Below, piece after piece: positions 27,201-36,959 of a stretch of DNA of 64,000 nucleotides. Source of the DNA: Antedon mediterranea (Eukaryota; Animalia; Echinodermata); NCBI RefSeq assembly GCF_964355755.1, contig NC_092676.1, forward strand, positions 10,641,888 through 10,705,887. The letters run 5' to 3'. Under the pieces are notes generated by a model. It ran no database searches and had not been told where the DNA came from. It was given only the letters and a program-made list of their open reading frames with translations. The position numbers were made by a program, and so were the translations under genes. Each line of letters begins with the position of its first letter. The stretch's first letter is position 1.

Positions 27201-30200
27201 CCGCCCGATTTATGTGTTAAATGTTATCTCTAAAATAGTATTTGACCAAATATATCATTATCTTATTTAATATAAATAATCTTTTAAACAGCAATCAGTC
27301 AGGATTCAAAAGAAATTACTCCACATTACTTAACCTAATTTGCCTGCGTATGCTTGACTTAAAATAGCTTTTGATACTGTAGACCATCATTATATTCTTC
27401 AACAAACCAACATCGGCACCCCTCAAGGAGATAGCTTAAGCCCGGTCTTATTCACTGTTTACCTTGAGTCTGCGCTACGAGGAATCAGAACAATTACCCA
27501 AACAGAAATACCTAAAGAGATATCATATGCTGATGATGTAGATTTTTTGAGTCTAAACAGCAAGCATAATGTAAACGAATTAGAACGCCATTTATCAACT
27601 TTCAACTTAAATGTAAATAAAGAAAAAACAGAACACACTATCGTAAGACGAGAAAAAGAGGACATACAAGAACAATGGAGAAACACGAAGAAAGTAGGAT
27701 CGCTCTTTGGGGACAGACAAGACATAATTAGAAGAAAACAACTAGCGCGTGTAGCAATGACCAAACTAAACTCGATGTGGCTTCGAAAAGATAAAATCAA
27801 ATTAAAAATACGTATCAAGCTGTACAACTCACTAGTTAAAAGTATATTACTCTACAACTCTGAAACATGGGGACTCACAAAAGAAGAAGCACATAAACTC
27901 GACACATTTCACAGACAGCAACTTCGCAAAATCATAGGTATCAGGTTCCCAGACAGGATATCGAACATAAATTTATACAGAAGGACAGGAACAAAACCGA
28001 TTTCATTAGAAATAGTCGACGCAAGATGGAGACTATTGGGTCACATACTTAGACAAGACACATGTACACCAGCCAACACAGCAATAAGCTATTATTTCAG
28101 CAACACTACCAATATAAAATTTCGAGGAAGACCGAGAACCACCCTACCAATAACTCTCAGCAACGACCTACTCACCCTTTATAAGCATAATACAGACATT
28201 AAGTATCCCGGACAATTGAAAACCAAGAAAGACATGAAACAACTTAAAGAACTAGCCAATGAAAGATCAGACTGGAAGAAACTAGTAAAAGAGATTTACG
28301 GAGCAGCCCAAGCGGAAATGTCGGCAGACTTTTCAGCGGAAAGGCAGTAATAATATATAAATTAAAAATGTATAATTGAAGTAAATATTGTATTAAGTTG
28401 TTTAAGGGTTAGGTACTGTAAGTGATCGAACTCAGACTAATTGTATATATGGTATCAAATCTGATCCATTATTGGACCACTTGCTTTCCTGATATATATT
28501 AATAACCCGCCAAATTGTATTTCTCAATGTTGTAGTGTAAAAGCTTACTATGTTGATGATACTGCAATCTATTATTCCTCAAATTCACTTGATGATATAA
28601 CTGTATGTTTGAATAGTGATTTATCAAGACATAAACAATTGGCTTGAGAGCAATTAACTTATTATTAGGCCTACTGTTAAAAAGTCCGAATTTGTGTTAA
28701 TTGGATAGCTTATAATGTTAACATTAATGGTATTGAATTATCTAGGGTAGACAATTGTAAATATCTTGGTGTCTATTATGTTAGCTTGAACTGGAATATA
28801 CTGTACATGTTAAAAACCCAAACTTTTTATCCCCCTAAACACAATCTTGTGAATGTCTATAACAGTAATAATTGTGCCACACATTTTGGTCTAACTGTGG
28901 ATTAACTAAAGCCAAGCGTTTGTTTTTATCACGAAAAAAACAAGTCGATCGTTTACTTTTGGATAACGGCACCAAATTTGTTATACATGTCCTATGATAT
29001 GAAATAAAAGATATAAGAGGCGAACCTCAAAATGGCCGCCATACTTTTTTCTAAGTATCAGGTTATTGTAAATTTTAAAAACTTGTTGTAATATTTTAGG
29101 TCTGTGCAATAATTAGTAATAAGAATAAAATATCATCTGCTGCCTTTTTTTTCAAAATGGCTGAAAATATTTATAAAGTATATAAAAAGTTCCGTATTTT
29201 TAGTTAGTTTAGTTACAAATGTCTCTGGTGGGATTTTGGTGGGTGAAAATCTGTGATAATACCATATATGGCTCTGTGGTCTAGTATGATACTCGCCCTG
29301 TAAGCGTGATGAGCTATGCTCGACGTGATTATAAGATCATGTTCCGAATATGAGCACTGTTTCTATAATTTGACTGTATGATTTATAAATAATTTACACA
29401 GTGCTACGCAACACAATTGATTTACATATACACGATATTATTTTAAAAACCGTTGCGTACTAAAGTTGGAATTTATTCTGACTAGTTAAGCGTCCACTGG
29501 TTATGAGGGTTTGTTGTATGAGAGAATGTATCTGGTTGGTGAAAATCTGTGATAATACCATATATGGCTCTATGGTCTAGTGTTATGAAACGAGAGGTCG
29601 CACGTTCCAATCCCGCCAGAGACATTTTTCATACAACTAAAAATACGGAACTTTCGCCGATGAGCTATGCTCGACGCGATTATAAGATCATGTTTAACTG
29701 ATCTCCCTTCATACATTCAGGACTCGACGGACTTTATCCGCAAAATTAACCAAATTCAAAATTTACCTAATAATTCTATTCTGGCTACATAAGATGTAAT
29801 ACATGCATTTTAAATTACAAACAAATTCCAGGCAAAACGCCTACTACAGCTCATTTACGAGAACTGGTCATTTTGATTTTGACCAACCACAATTTGTATT
29901 TTTGGAAATGACCATCAACTCCAAATTCATGGCACAGCAATGGGCACAAAAAGGCGCCATCTTTTGCAAAATTTTTTATGCGACAATTTGAGGCCAATTT
30001 TATGTCCTTCCAACCTAATAAACCACTTGTTAGTTTAGATACATTGCGACATCTTCATAAACTGGACCCATGGTAAAGATAATCTGGACTCTTTTCTTTT
30101 GAATATTGATTCTGCCCACTCAACTATCAAATTTACAGCTATTAAATCCACTAGTAGCGTTGAAGTTGTTGACACTATAGTAACCATAGAAAATGGTACA

Positions 30201-33003
30201 CTCAAAACTAACCTATTCCGTAAACTCACGGATAAAAATATGTACCTGCTTCCTACAGATATACTGTACAATCAAGAATTACGTATCGGACGTATCCGAA
30301 ATAGAAAGGAAACATCATCGAAATCGCTATAAAGAAAGGTAGACCTATATGCCTCGATTCCAAACTCTGACGTACAAACCACGTCAGCCAAATTAGACCA
30401 GAGTGTCAATGGTCACAACGTATCACCCCAGGTTGCCTCCATTAACGGGCTATTATTAAGAAACATATGCCCCTTCTACAGTCCACAGAACGTCTCAGGA
30501 CTGTTTTTCCGAAACCACCCACTATTGCATTTGGTAGACCTCTAAGAGTGAAATTAATTCTCATGACAGCCAAAATTTGGGCAGATCTTGCAAAACCTGT
30601 TCATTGGTTGACTCTACTGTACGCGCCGTATGTGAATGACAATACAGATAAGCTATCAAAACATTAAAGCTTGATAAACCTGTAGCCGAACATTCTAATT
30701 CAGCTGGTCACTCGATTGCAAATTTAAGAGTTATTGCAATAGACCACGATGTCAAATGGAGCGAAAAAACTCGCAAAGACAAAGAAAACTACTGGGAATT
30801 ACTAATTAAACCCACAAAACCTTTTGGACTTAACATTTGGAACATACTCCCAGATCAGTTAAATCATTCCATTGACTACATAAATTTAAGTTTCAATATA
30901 CCACCATTTAAGCTGTTTTTAAAAGTTCTATTCCAAAATGGTTTATATCTACCGAGCTATCTTCTTTGTTTTCCACAAAGTCAGAAACAAGATAAGAAAC
31001 AAACATCCAGGATATAATAGGATAAAAGAGAAAACGGAGAGATGAAATCACCAAATACACTAACACGGCAGCCTGGGCGAGAATTGCACATTACAAAAGA
31101 AAATTGAAGAGGTGAGAGGGAACAATAAAAAAATAATAATAATTCAAGACACACCGATGACTGACAAGCCGATTCGGTCCCCTACCTTTTAAAAAAAAAC
31201 CACTACATTTTGGATAAATATAACTGAGAAATACAGTAAATGAAAAAAAATTAAAATACAAATTTATAAAACGGAAATCAATAACTCAAAACGTTATATA
31301 CACATCATTTATAAGCTGTCTGTAGTTGTAGAGTGTTAGGATTTCGTTTTTTCTCAAACTAATTTGAATATTGCTGGAAAGCGGATATTGTGTCCCTTCT
31401 TTCCGATACGTTCTTAAAGTTAAGTTACCACAAGTTTGATTAATTATTCTATGTGACTTATAGTGTATGCTAAAATAATTATGTTAAGAAATAAATATGC
31501 AAAAACATGAATTGTGTTAAGAAATGGCTAAAATTATTATGTTAAGAAATGTATATGTTAACATTATTATGCTTAAGAAATGAATATGTTAGAATATGAT
31601 AATGTTAAGAAATGAATGCTAAAATATGATTATATTAAGAAATGAATATTCCAAAATATGAATTGTGTTAAGAAAGATACCTATGCTAAAATGATTATAT
31701 TAAGAAATAAATACGCTAAGAAATGAATACGCTAAGTGAATGTCTTAAGAACTTAACATTTAAGGAGATGTACTGTATATAATTATTAAGTTAGGAATAT
31801 TATGAAATGAATATATTTTTAGTAATAAAAGAAAAAAAATCTATCTTGGTACAAATATCGAGCTGGAAGACATAATCATCATTACTATAATCAACTATGT
31901 ACATGAGGCCTAGACCTGTAAAGAATATCAATGTCTACATACAAATAATATTAGTGAGTTTTTCCAAAAGCATGCATGTAGAGCTAGACGCATACAGTAG
32001 AATCTCTTCTTTGTGGACACCATCTATTCAAGAGACACTTTCCCACGAAACAAAAGCGGATATATTAAGGGACGGGGACAACTTTGCGTGATAAGGGGAA
32101 AATATTGTGTTTTTTTATACTAAACAACACAATGAAAAAAAATGCATTTATGCTTAATGGGGAGAGTCGCGAGGCTTATGGTACAATTGCAATTTAACAG
32201 GAAGGCCATGAGAAAAGACACATTGTCGGAAACCACGGTAATATGTTTGGAAACGTGCAAAGAATTATGTTTAAAGGGTTCTTTATCTAATCTTTACTCT
32301 AATGTAATAAAATACAATTATGTAAATAAAAAATGTACCTGTCTGCTACTGATCCCATAACCACTGAACCAACCAATAGTCCAAAGAAGTATATTGACTG
32401 CGCAAATGCCACTTTGGTCTTGCCTTTACATACTAATGTAAACTGAAAATTTATTGTAAATTTGACAGTTAACAATGGATAAATAAGTAGTTATAATATG
32501 TTATACTTATTTTATCCATGGTTGGACTTTCCAAAAATATCTGGAGTGATATTAATATTGTATAAGCATCTAATTTATTGTTTATAGTTTATAGTAAAAT
32601 ATTAAATTAATCAAAACATTGTTATACTTACGTCTTCTTGAATTGTACTGGTGTACCGAGAATGATCAAACTCATAACTGTTGGCACATTCTATAAGCGG
32701 CGTATCTTCGGTTATATTAACGTATGAAACATACTGTATACAGTTGCTTTCATTAATCGATGTACTTAGATCGTCGGCGGGAATTTTGAAGCTAAAATGT
32801 TGATACTGGCATCCATAGTTTGTTGAGTCACTGCAATTCGTATTTTCGGGAATAGCACACCAATGATCAGACACACCGCCAAGAAAGACTTGACCAAGGT
32901 GGTGAAAAGCGACGGAGAAATTCAGCATACAGTACCAATGGTAAACCCATAACTGATACGGACCAAACTCCCCAATCGTTGCTAACACGTCATCAAGCTT
33001 CAT
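12285..33003 (-). CDS. SLC22-family organic cation/anion transporter (MFS), complete gene with 10 coding exons, 552 aa
   Basis: GT-AG exons with matching phases: 33003-32632 (MKLDDVL..Cys-containing loop..TIQED), 32442-32339, 26905-26751 (D-R-IGRKP), 26193-26025 (ELVG..WR), 25819-25690 (LPESARWLL), 25423-25338 (DLFRTPNLRKKT), 18812-18604 (DRFGRRP), 14300-14192 (AELFPTPLR), 13859-13650 (LPETKG..LPETIEE), 12399-12285 (TAA). Sum 1659 nt with no internal stop. Exon sizes 104, 155, 169 and 109 fit the SLC22 pattern as I recall it. Subfamily not assignable. Confidence 0.95.
15068..15867 (-). mobile_element. Rex1/Babar-clade LINE fragment
   Basis: FADFSSAFNT, GSPQGCVLSPLLFILYTNDC, KYADDTAIVG, YKYLGVTVD, SIVESVLT, with stops and frameshifts. 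Tail aataaagttgaatcttgaa at 15068-15090. Confidence 0.8.
17034..17105 (+). tRNA. tRNA-like gene, anticodon ATC (Asp-like), repeat-embedded; functionality unknown
   Basis: 72-nt cloverleaf GCCCCAG TG GTCT AATGGTTA GGAC A TCTGC ATATCAA GCAGG CGGT CCGAG TTCGAGT CTCGG TTGGGGC G. A and B boxes intact; T5 run 2 nt downstream. Confidence 0.6.
17402..17473 (+). tRNA. tRNA-like gene copy 2 (ATC)
   Basis: Same cloverleaf; D and anticodon stems fully Watson-Crick, one T-stem mismatch. Confidence 0.55.
17629..17700 (+). tRNA. tRNA-like gene copy 3 (ATC)
   Basis: Same cloverleaf with one T-stem mismatch, followed by a T run. Confidence 0.55.
18231..18340 (+). mobile_element. Short Helentron-associated interspersed element (HINE/DINE-1-like)
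   Basis: ttagtcgcatg..acgcgactctacagctcactat(cggt)n..cacgcgact..ggccttgtt: subterminal inverted repeat, CGGT microsatellite, T-rich flanks. Second copy at 55531-55612. Confidence 0.65.
18386..18460 (+). pseudogene. Degenerate tRNA-like copy 4
   Basis: Same family with an extra AT in the anticodon loop and stem mismatches. Confidence 0.6.
19376..19645 (+). mobile_element. Probable HINE-like non-autonomous element
   Basis: 5' hairpin aggtttttta...taaaaaacct and 3' hairpin cactctcggagtg followed by ttctagtt. Confidence 0.4.
20275..22183 (-). mobile_element. Non-autonomous Helitron (family A, copy 1) with nested insertions
   Basis: On the minus strand it begins TCTATATATAAAT and ends in a GC-rich hairpin plus CTAG, between host A and T with no TSD. 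Near-identical segments recur at 59997-60788 and 60991-61406. Confidence 0.8.
21263..21899. mobile_element. PIF/Harbinger-like MITE nested in the Helitron
   Basis: 16-bp TIR GACCCCATTTACACTT / AAGTGTAAATGGGGTC, flanks TAA/TAT. Absent from the homologous Helitron copy near 61110. Confidence 0.7.
22229..23634. repeat. ~1.4-kb foldback (long imperfect inverted repeat, two subunits per arm)
   Basis: Arms ~22229-22830 and ~22894-23634. ORF-track entries 22259+ and 23376- translate nearly identically on opposite strands. Confidence 0.85.
23178..23313 (-). mobile_element. Short retroposed 3' end sharing the tail of the 5S SINE
   Basis: (TTTTA)n plus reverse complement of caaacctgttagtggcggta.ttatcgctgttggttt.gattgaataaaa. 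Absent from the opposite arm of the foldback (near 22550). Confidence 0.8.
27060..28890 (+). mobile_element. Old decayed CR1/L2-group LINE RT region, host of the RTE insertion
   Basis: Remnants ENYRPIYVL, QSGF, LDLKIAFDTVDH before 27403; KLKMY, SDRTQ, YVDDTAI, VKKSEFVLIG, KYLGV after 28360. Confidence 0.75.
27403..28353 (+). mobile_element. Young 5'-truncated RTE-group LINE with uninterrupted RT C-terminal frame
   Basis: Open from 27406 to 28350: GTPQGDSLSPVLF, YADD, LYNSETW, RWRLLGHILR, RGRP. Short TAA-type tail directly after the stop. Confidence 0.85.
29185..29695. repeat. Rearranged direct and inverted repeats with tRNA-Pro-like sequence abutting the Penelope-like ORF
   Basis: ggtgaaaatctgtgataataccatatatggctct.tggtctagt at 29242 and 29538; gatgagctatgctcgacg.gattataagatcatgtt at 29308 and 29659; 29186-29234 is inverted relative to 29610-29654. 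Confidence 0.65.
29700..30840 (+). mobile_element. Decayed Penelope-like retroelement (RT plus GIY-YIG C-terminus)
   Basis: LPSYIQDSTDFIRKI..LPNNSILAT*DV; AHSTIKFT..DTIVTIENGTLKTNLFRKLTDKNMYL; TYHPRLP; VFPKPPTIAF; PVAEHSNSAGHS..RKDKENYW..PFGLNI. Confidence 0.85.
31467..31737. repeat. Degenerate ~32-bp AT-rich minisatellite
   Basis: About 8-9 copies of atgctaaaatatgattatgttaagaaatgaat variants, in SLC22 intron. Confidence 0.75.
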
Positions 33004-33169
33004 TTCCGGAAAGACGATCTTTTCCGTACTTGAAAGTCTGAAAAACATTATTCTACTTTAATGTTTGGTTACGGCACATTTTACAAGTTTGAAGAGAAAT
33101 CTGTAGTCTTTTTTCTGTTTGTAAACCATTTATTATTTAGAAATACATATTACTTGTACCATAACTTAC

Positions 33170-33552
33170 CGTGTACAAACTGGAGATGTAAAGTATAGAA
33201 TACCTAATATAAAATGATACACACAGAGAGAATACGCCAGGCGGCATACATGTACAGTCTCTTTCTACAGTCTCACAACGCTGTTCTGAACTGGTCAACT
33301 CCTGTGCGTATAAGACGGTCTATGAATGGAGTACGTCTGTATCACCTAAGGATCAACATTTTTCTCTGCAATCATATCGTTGTGTAGAAACATAAGAGTT
33401 TATTACAGATTAACTACACTACAGAAATGTATTCTAACAAACAGTCACTTGGCAAGTTGTTGACGTTGAAAATCAAGAGCTGACGGCGTCAATCATAAAT
33501 AATGTAACTAAAGGATGAAGTTTTTTTAGGAATGAAATCGAAACAACAGTAC
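33170..33552 (-). promoter_or_regulatory. Putative non-coding first exon and promoter of the SLC22 gene
   Basis: Donor G|GTAAGT at 33170/33169 pairs with acceptor tttttcag at 33038, 34 nt upstream of the ATG. TSS not determinable. Confidence 0.55.
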
Positions 33553-33647
33553 TTAGATAAAATATGACATTATGTCAAGAGTCTTTGCATACTTATAATA
33601 ATACTAACAATAATATTTGTTAGTATAAACATTTTTTAGTTAATTTA

Positions 33648-33889
33648 GATTAACTAAAAATGCAAAGGGGTTATGGAGAAGGTAGTTCTGAATATTTATG
33701 TATTAATGCTATCCAAATTGGTTGCGTACTTTTACGTCTCCTTCCCAAACCGCTGAATAGTACATGCTCAAATTTGACACATTCGTATGTGGGAAGGAGA
33801 CGTAAAAGTACGCGACCAATTTGGATAGCATTAATACATAAATATTCAGAACTACCTTCTCCATAACCCCTTTGCATTTTTAGTTAATC
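33648..33889. repeat. Near-perfect palindrome, 100-bp arms, 42-bp spacer
   Basis: Arms 33648-33747 and 33790-33889 with one mismatch (33723). Confidence 0.95.
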
Positions 33890-34080
33890 GCCATGTGTCG
33901 CGAGTTGTTCCGTCTCTCGTATCAACTACGCAACCTCCTCTGTTGTGTACCGCAATGGTCGAATGTACAAATCTCATGCCGGGCCGGGCCTCCAAATCAT
34001 AACAATGTTTAGTCTCGACCGTATCGACTGACTGTATCTCGTATCTCATTATGTCAAGAGTCTTTGCATACTTATAATAA

Positions 34081-35386
34081 CTAGATGGCACGCTCGCTTC
34101 GCTCGCGTACCATCTAGGTCGTACCCACAGATGGTTCTCGAATACACAGTAATTTCAGCGTAACAAAACTGGCGATTTCAAGTGTACGTACCGCAGGACT
34201 ATAATACATTGTCGTTTACAGAAACGAATAAATAGACACGATGATTCATGTAGTCAACTAAAATTAGCACCCTGGGAATTACTTCAAATGTTTGATTTGG
34301 ACTCATTTAAAGAAACCCAATTTGTGTTTTGTATGTAACATTAGGGTTGAGGTATGGGAAAGCGGATAGGTACAAAGAAGAACAATTTTTAAATATATTC
34401 TTTATCCACTCGGTAACGAAATATTTCTTTCATGTTTTATAGGCCTATAAATAATATAGGCCTACATCTAAATACAGTAAAACATTTGCGATTTAATACT
34501 TTGTTAAAACTGTCACTGTCATAATCGATTGAAATATTAAAGTACACGATATACACCACTACGACGTTTATATTTTTGGTAATTATTAATTAATACAAAC
34601 GTTGAGAAGGAACTGTCAGTATAAAGTTTATTTGTATATAATAATGTGTTTATATATCTAACAGTAGAGCCTATCCACAATCTCAGTAATAAAATTTATT
34701 TGTATATATTTTTATATTACATTTAGGCTAACAGTACGAACATTCACAGTTAGAAATGTTCGATTCAAATGTTGACCAACAATAGTTAATAATAGGTATT
34801 TACAGTATTGTCGAAGTATTGCAAGTTTATTCTCAAAGGGCCCATATATTTACCTACCGTATGTGTTAAACCAAGGGCTCATAAATTTACCTACTTGTGT
34901 TAAACTCTGGCAGACTGAGAGATTGGGATGTTCCATTCATCGCAAATCAATACATTTGTAGAATCGTATATTAAATCTATCAAAATAGTATTTTTTAAAG
35001 AAAATCGGCCTGTCTTCAACATTATGATGCTGTACTCTAGCTGTTCAACGGGTTTTCAGCTATTAAAAACAATTATCGTAGGAGGAGATAGGAAAATGCG
35101 AAGCCTCCTCGCATTTTTGTGGCGGGTATTTTTCAAGATAGACATCCATTAGACAGTGTATACCACGATCGGAAAACACCCCTCTTTGGGGCAAATCGTT
35201 GAACCTAAATTCGTTTTAATCGTCAATAACTAATTATCTAACTTAATTTAATTAGTAAATAGGGTTAAATCAGGTGGTTAAAATCAGTACCGAAAGTACG
35301 AACCAACTTTATATACCATCAAGTAAAAATTCTAAAAATAAGGCGCGATTTACCGAATTTTGGCCTTACGTAAATTTATATATAGA
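34081..35386 (-). mobile_element. Non-autonomous Helitron (family B)
   Basis: Minus strand 5' TCTATATATAAAT, 3' hairpin plus CTAG. Joined flanks cttataataa|tactaacaataat equal the uninterrupted paralogous site at 33592-33615. Confidence 0.9.
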
Positions 35387-36959
35387 TACTAACAATAATA
35401 TTTGTTAGTATAAACATATTATTAACATATAAAATTGGTCGCGTACTTTTACGTCTCCTTCCCAAACCGCTGAATAGTACATGCTCAAATTTGACACATA
35501 TCGCTTTCCTGAATTATAAATATAGGTTATTAGATAAGCACTAAAAAGGGCAAAAACAGTAATTTTACGTCTCAATGACCATGTGTCGCGAGTTGTTCCG
35601 TCTCTCGTATCAACTACGCAACCTCCTCTGTTGTGTACCGCAATGGCCGAATGTACAAATCTCATGCCGGGCCGGGCCTCCTAATCAAAACAATGTTTAG
35701 TCTCGACCGTATCGACTGACTGTATCAATTGATCGCATCGTTGGAGTTTTAATTAATTTAACGTATCCCTCGAACATAATGTATTTCGTTTGATCAGTGA
35801 GTAAAACGCATGGTCATTGATATCAATGCTCAGTACATTGGAGATTGAATCCGCGAAATAGGTAAATAAAAATTTTCTTTAAAGCAACAAAACAAAAATA
35901 GACCACAATTTAATTACAAAAGTAGATAACAGAGCTCCTACAAAAAAAAAGAGGATACTATACGATTGTTGTCCATAAGCAGCTGTAGTTTTATTATTCA
36001 TATAGGCCTACTTCCCATTATTCTTATATAAATTACCAATAATTCAATTATTCATATTTTATCATTGAAATGTTGCCGACTGATTGAAAGAGTTTAACAT
36101 GCATGTCATTGTTCCTTTCGTCTACTTCTTGCCCTCATATTCATAAGTTTTAGCACAATAATGTTCCATATCCAGTAGGCCTATTGCTTTCATTTTTTAG
36201 CTTACATAGGCCTATATTTCAAAGTGAAAGAATACTTCGTGTATAACGAAATCAATGGCTATAAATAGTTCTAAATTTTATTCTTAAAACAATTTGTTTT
36301 TTTTTAAATAAATAATTTGATTACGTTTATCAGGGAAGATTGAGCAATTTTCCAACCTTCGTCTATCAGTTATCTATTGAAAAATACACTCTTAGATGGA
36401 TTGTTTCAAGAGGATAAGTTTAAAGTGATTTTAACTACTTTAAAGATTAATAATCTATTCTAGGCCGAATACATTGTGTAGCTTGTAAAGCTGACAGTGT
36501 GCGTTGAGCCTATATCAATGGCGCTTTGTTTAATTGAGTGACTGGACCAATAGTTCAGAATCATTTTTTTGACAACCCCATTTTTAAAACTGGCAGTACA
36601 AAAACAATATCTATTTTGCAATAGGCAATATCGCTTAAATGGCCTAATTTGTTATTCTATTGGTAAACTTTTTATAGAAATAGAAAATATAAATTAGTTA
36701 GAATTAATATGAGTGGATCTTGTTTTTTAAGTTGGTATTACAAATTCTATATTTTAGGCTTGATTCGTACCCTGTTTAATGTACCCCTAAAGTGTGAATT
36801 CTAAAATAGCTGCCAGCCTATTAAAAACAATAGGCCAAACTATAAAAACGGTCATTCTTGCCATCAAATTAGATAAATAGGTTTAATTATGAATAATTAC
36901 TCAAATATGTATGCTAGTCATCTATAGAAAATAAATTGTTAGTGTATATACCAAAAATT

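Noticed and set aside
30262-30268. TACTGTA as an insertion scar in the Penelope-like ORF
   Set aside because: It reads in frame as ILYNQ, matching the IPYSQ-type motif length, so no insertion is needed. Not every motif occurrence is a scar.
29700-30840. Selenocysteine recoding in the Penelope-like ORF
   Set aside because: Too many frameshifts and non-TGA stops to single out a meaningful TGA; no SECIS recognised.
33660-33877. Pair of near-identical 68-aa ORFs on opposite strands
   Set aside because: Artefact of the palindrome.
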